Below, piece after piece: positions 61,729 to 64,000 of a stretch of DNA of 64,000 bases. Position 1 is the first letter of the stretch, and each line of letters starts with the position of its first letter. Below the pieces are notes generated by a model, which was not told the DNA's origin, did not search any database, and was given only the letters and a program-made list of their open reading frames with translations. This stretch comes from Massalongia carnosa (lineage: Eukaryota): the NCBI GenBank assembly GCA_965645245.1, contig OZ287086.1, positions 806,001 through 870,000 on the forward strand. The letters run 5' to 3'. The position numbers and the translations under genes were made by a program.

Positions 61729-62650
61729 AATGGGAGAATGGGGAGCAATTGAACAAGGCGAGAAACTTGTATAAGTAGTGACTGAAAGAATATGAATCTG
61801 TGACCTTTCTTATAGACAAGGAAAAGACTGTCCCTCCTTAGCCAGTGTCTACTCTGATGTCTCATCAGAGAAACCTGTTTGCTTAACATGCTTGTTTGCC
61901 ATGATGAGAATTTCAACTTAGGCTTTTTCAAGGGTCCAATTGACCAAAATGAAATTGAGCGCAGGGTTCTTCCAATTTGATTTTGTTGCGGAGGCTACGG
62001 ATTATAGGGGTGGAAGTAGGAAACAACAGCAAAAAGTACGTGCGATGATCAAGCTGATCCAATGGCAGGCTACTAATGATTGATTGAAAATGACTGAGGC
62101 TATCTATGGGGTCATATAGCCCATTATATACCGCTGCCTGCCTTGAGCACGATTCTCCCACTTTCTATGTGATCGGTCAGTCAAATGCTGATATGTAAGC
62201 TCGTCTTTGTCGGAGTTCCAAAGCTGACATATTTGCCTCATTATCAATCCACTGTAGAATGTTCGAATGTCTCCTAGAATATCAGACGCGGGATGTTGAT
62301 GATAAATCCCAAGGTGGCCAATCCAAATACTTCTAATAGCTAGTGCGCATTGGGGTTAGTGCCATTTTCTATAAGCAGACATCTCGGCTATCCTCAACAG
62401 ATTTAACCGGCCTTGGGCCGATTAAATAATAAGAGGCAACTGCCGCACAATCTCACCTAGTGCCTTAATGAGGCATAATTGCCAAAAAGAAAGGTCTTTG
62501 TGCCTTCGATCAATGAGTTTACTAAGCTCTTTGATGTCCGATGGATTTTGTATTTTTGCGTGTCCAGAATTCAATCGCGGTTGAACCTGAGGCTTTGATG
62601 ATATTTGTACCAATGGGGGCACTCAGGCCCAGGAATATACTTTTTTGCCA

Positions 62651-62990
62651 TCGACCATCGAGCTTAGCAAGCTCTTTGGTGTCCGAGGACTTGGTTGCCT
62701 TCGACCATCGAGCTTAGCAAGCTCTTTGGTGTCCGAGGACTGGGTTGCCTTCGACCATCGAGCTTAGCAAGCTCTTTGGTGTCCGAGGACTCGGTTGCCT
62801 TCGACCATCGAGCTTAGCAAGCTCTTTGGTGTCCGAGGACTCGGTTGCCTTCGACCATCGAGCTTAGCAAGCTCTTTGGTGTCCGAGGACTCGGTTGCCT
62901 TCGACCATCGAGTTTAGCAAGCTCTTTAGTGTCCGAGGACTCGGTTGCCTTCGACCATCGAGCTTAGCAAGCTCTTTGGTGTCCGAGGGC
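62651..62990. repeat. 50-bp tandem repeat, about 7 copies, in the copia 5' leader
   Basis: tcgaccatcgagcttagcaagctctttggtgtccgaggactcggttgcct at 62651, 62701, ... 62951. Confidence 0.97.
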
Positions 62991-63234
62991 TTCGGTGTAG
63001 TACGATCATTGTGTTCATGCTCTTTCTAAAACGCAATTTTTGTACTTTTGACAAGAAATCGCTGTGTACAGAAGAGAGAACTGATTAATGTGATTTGAGG
63101 GATCGTTTCTAAAGACACAGAAAGATTTTAGTCATGTGTCTACGATTCATTGAATAGGAATGATGCTTAGCTGATTGCACTGCGATGCTGCGGATTAAAA
63201 GCTTCGATTCGTTTTAAATCGATAGCACCCTTCC

Positions 63235-63246
63235 GGGCTCATAACC
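63235..63246 (-). promoter_or_regulatory. Copia primer-binding site GGTTATGAGCCC (tRNAiMet half-molecule type)
   Basis: Directly abuts the 5' LTR; complementary to an initiator tRNA anticodon arm (GGGCUCAUAACC). Confidence 0.88.
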
Positions 63247-64000
63247 TGTTAAAATAGGTATATGACTATGGCTATATGGCTATGTAATAATAAAGGTATG
63301 TATGACCGTGATGTTAAGGATGAAGAGTCGCTATGCAGCAATCTTTTCCTATTACTGGTCACCCTTCTAAGCGAGGTGATCTTATCTTAACTTGGGACTA
63401 AGCCTAATGCGGCATCTACGGTTTCCGTAGATCATCTGTCAATCTAGGGCAGCCGTAGGTGCTATGTTCATTGAATTGATAGGTGTTCATTGTGCTGGTA
63501 GGAATTCGATATTCAACAGGAGCAGTCGTGAAAACAAGTCCTAATTTTTGAATGATTCCTTGGCTTCCTTTGTGAACGTAAACTGGCCGTCGAATTTACC
63601 CCTTTTTCCTCCTTTGAGAAGGGTAGTAAGGGCAGTTACTATCCGCGAAAATCCGTCTATAAATCGTCTATAGAAGTTCGCAAAACCAAGGAAGACTTGT
63701 ACGTCTCTATGATTATTGGGTTCTGGCCAGTTTGTTATCGTCGTTATGCGAGAGGGGTCCATTCTTATGCCCGTTGGAGTCAAAATAAATCCTAAGTATT
63801 CAATCTCGGAATTATCGAAAAGGCATTTTAGAGAGTTTCGCATGCAGATTATATTTCCGAAGCTTCTCGAGTATCATTCGAACGTGATTTGCATTCTCTT
63901 CGATTTTTTTAGAAAATACCAAAAATATCGTCCAGATACACTAATACGAATACGTCCAGGTATTCACTTAGAGCTTCGTGAATATACGCCTGAAACGTGA

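Larger units (their letters stand above)
56613..63518 (-). mobile_element. Ty1/copia retrotransposon, full length
   Basis: LTRs at 56613-56882 and 63247-63518; TSD ggagc at 56608-56612 and 63519-63523; empty site visible in G1 at ~37136; PPT gaagggggg; PR-IN-RT-RH order. Confidence 0.97.
52845..64000 (-). mobile_element. Chromovirus G2 (same family as G1), interrupted by copia; continues beyond the window
   Basis: 3' LTR at 52845-53143; internal sequence colinear with G1; RH/RT resumes at 63519. Confidence 0.95.

Noticed and set aside
62651..62990. CRISPR array
   Set aside because: Head-to-tail repeats without unique spacers, no cas genes, and inside a copia leader.

Overview
Eukaryotic DNA made almost entirely of nested transposable elements, with no recognisable host gene. 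It looks like an ascomycete fungal genome; a powdery-mildew-like, RIP-lacking host is an inference only. 1-30.8 kb is a cluster of one Tad1-like LINE family (copies A-F), including one intact copy C (10304-17157) inserted antisense into copy B with a 14-bp TSD. After it come a piggyBac-like element with non-TTAA flanks and a full chromovirus (Ty3/gypsy G1). G1 interrupts an unannotated non-coding segment carrying four copies of a covarying T-loop RNA motif. Next are a truncated LINE carrying a non-autonomous LTR element filled with tandem repeats, a second LINE family, a third gypsy fragment, a Tc1 DD34E element, and a second G1-family copy (G2) containing a Ty1/copia element that contains a solo LTR. 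The most interesting signals are the four-copy structured RNA motif (40349-41086) next to a LINE 5' terminus, a 25-27 bp palindrome shared by three unrelated elements, self-priming PBS structures, and a possible gag-pol readthrough stop. All alignments and counts were done by eye.
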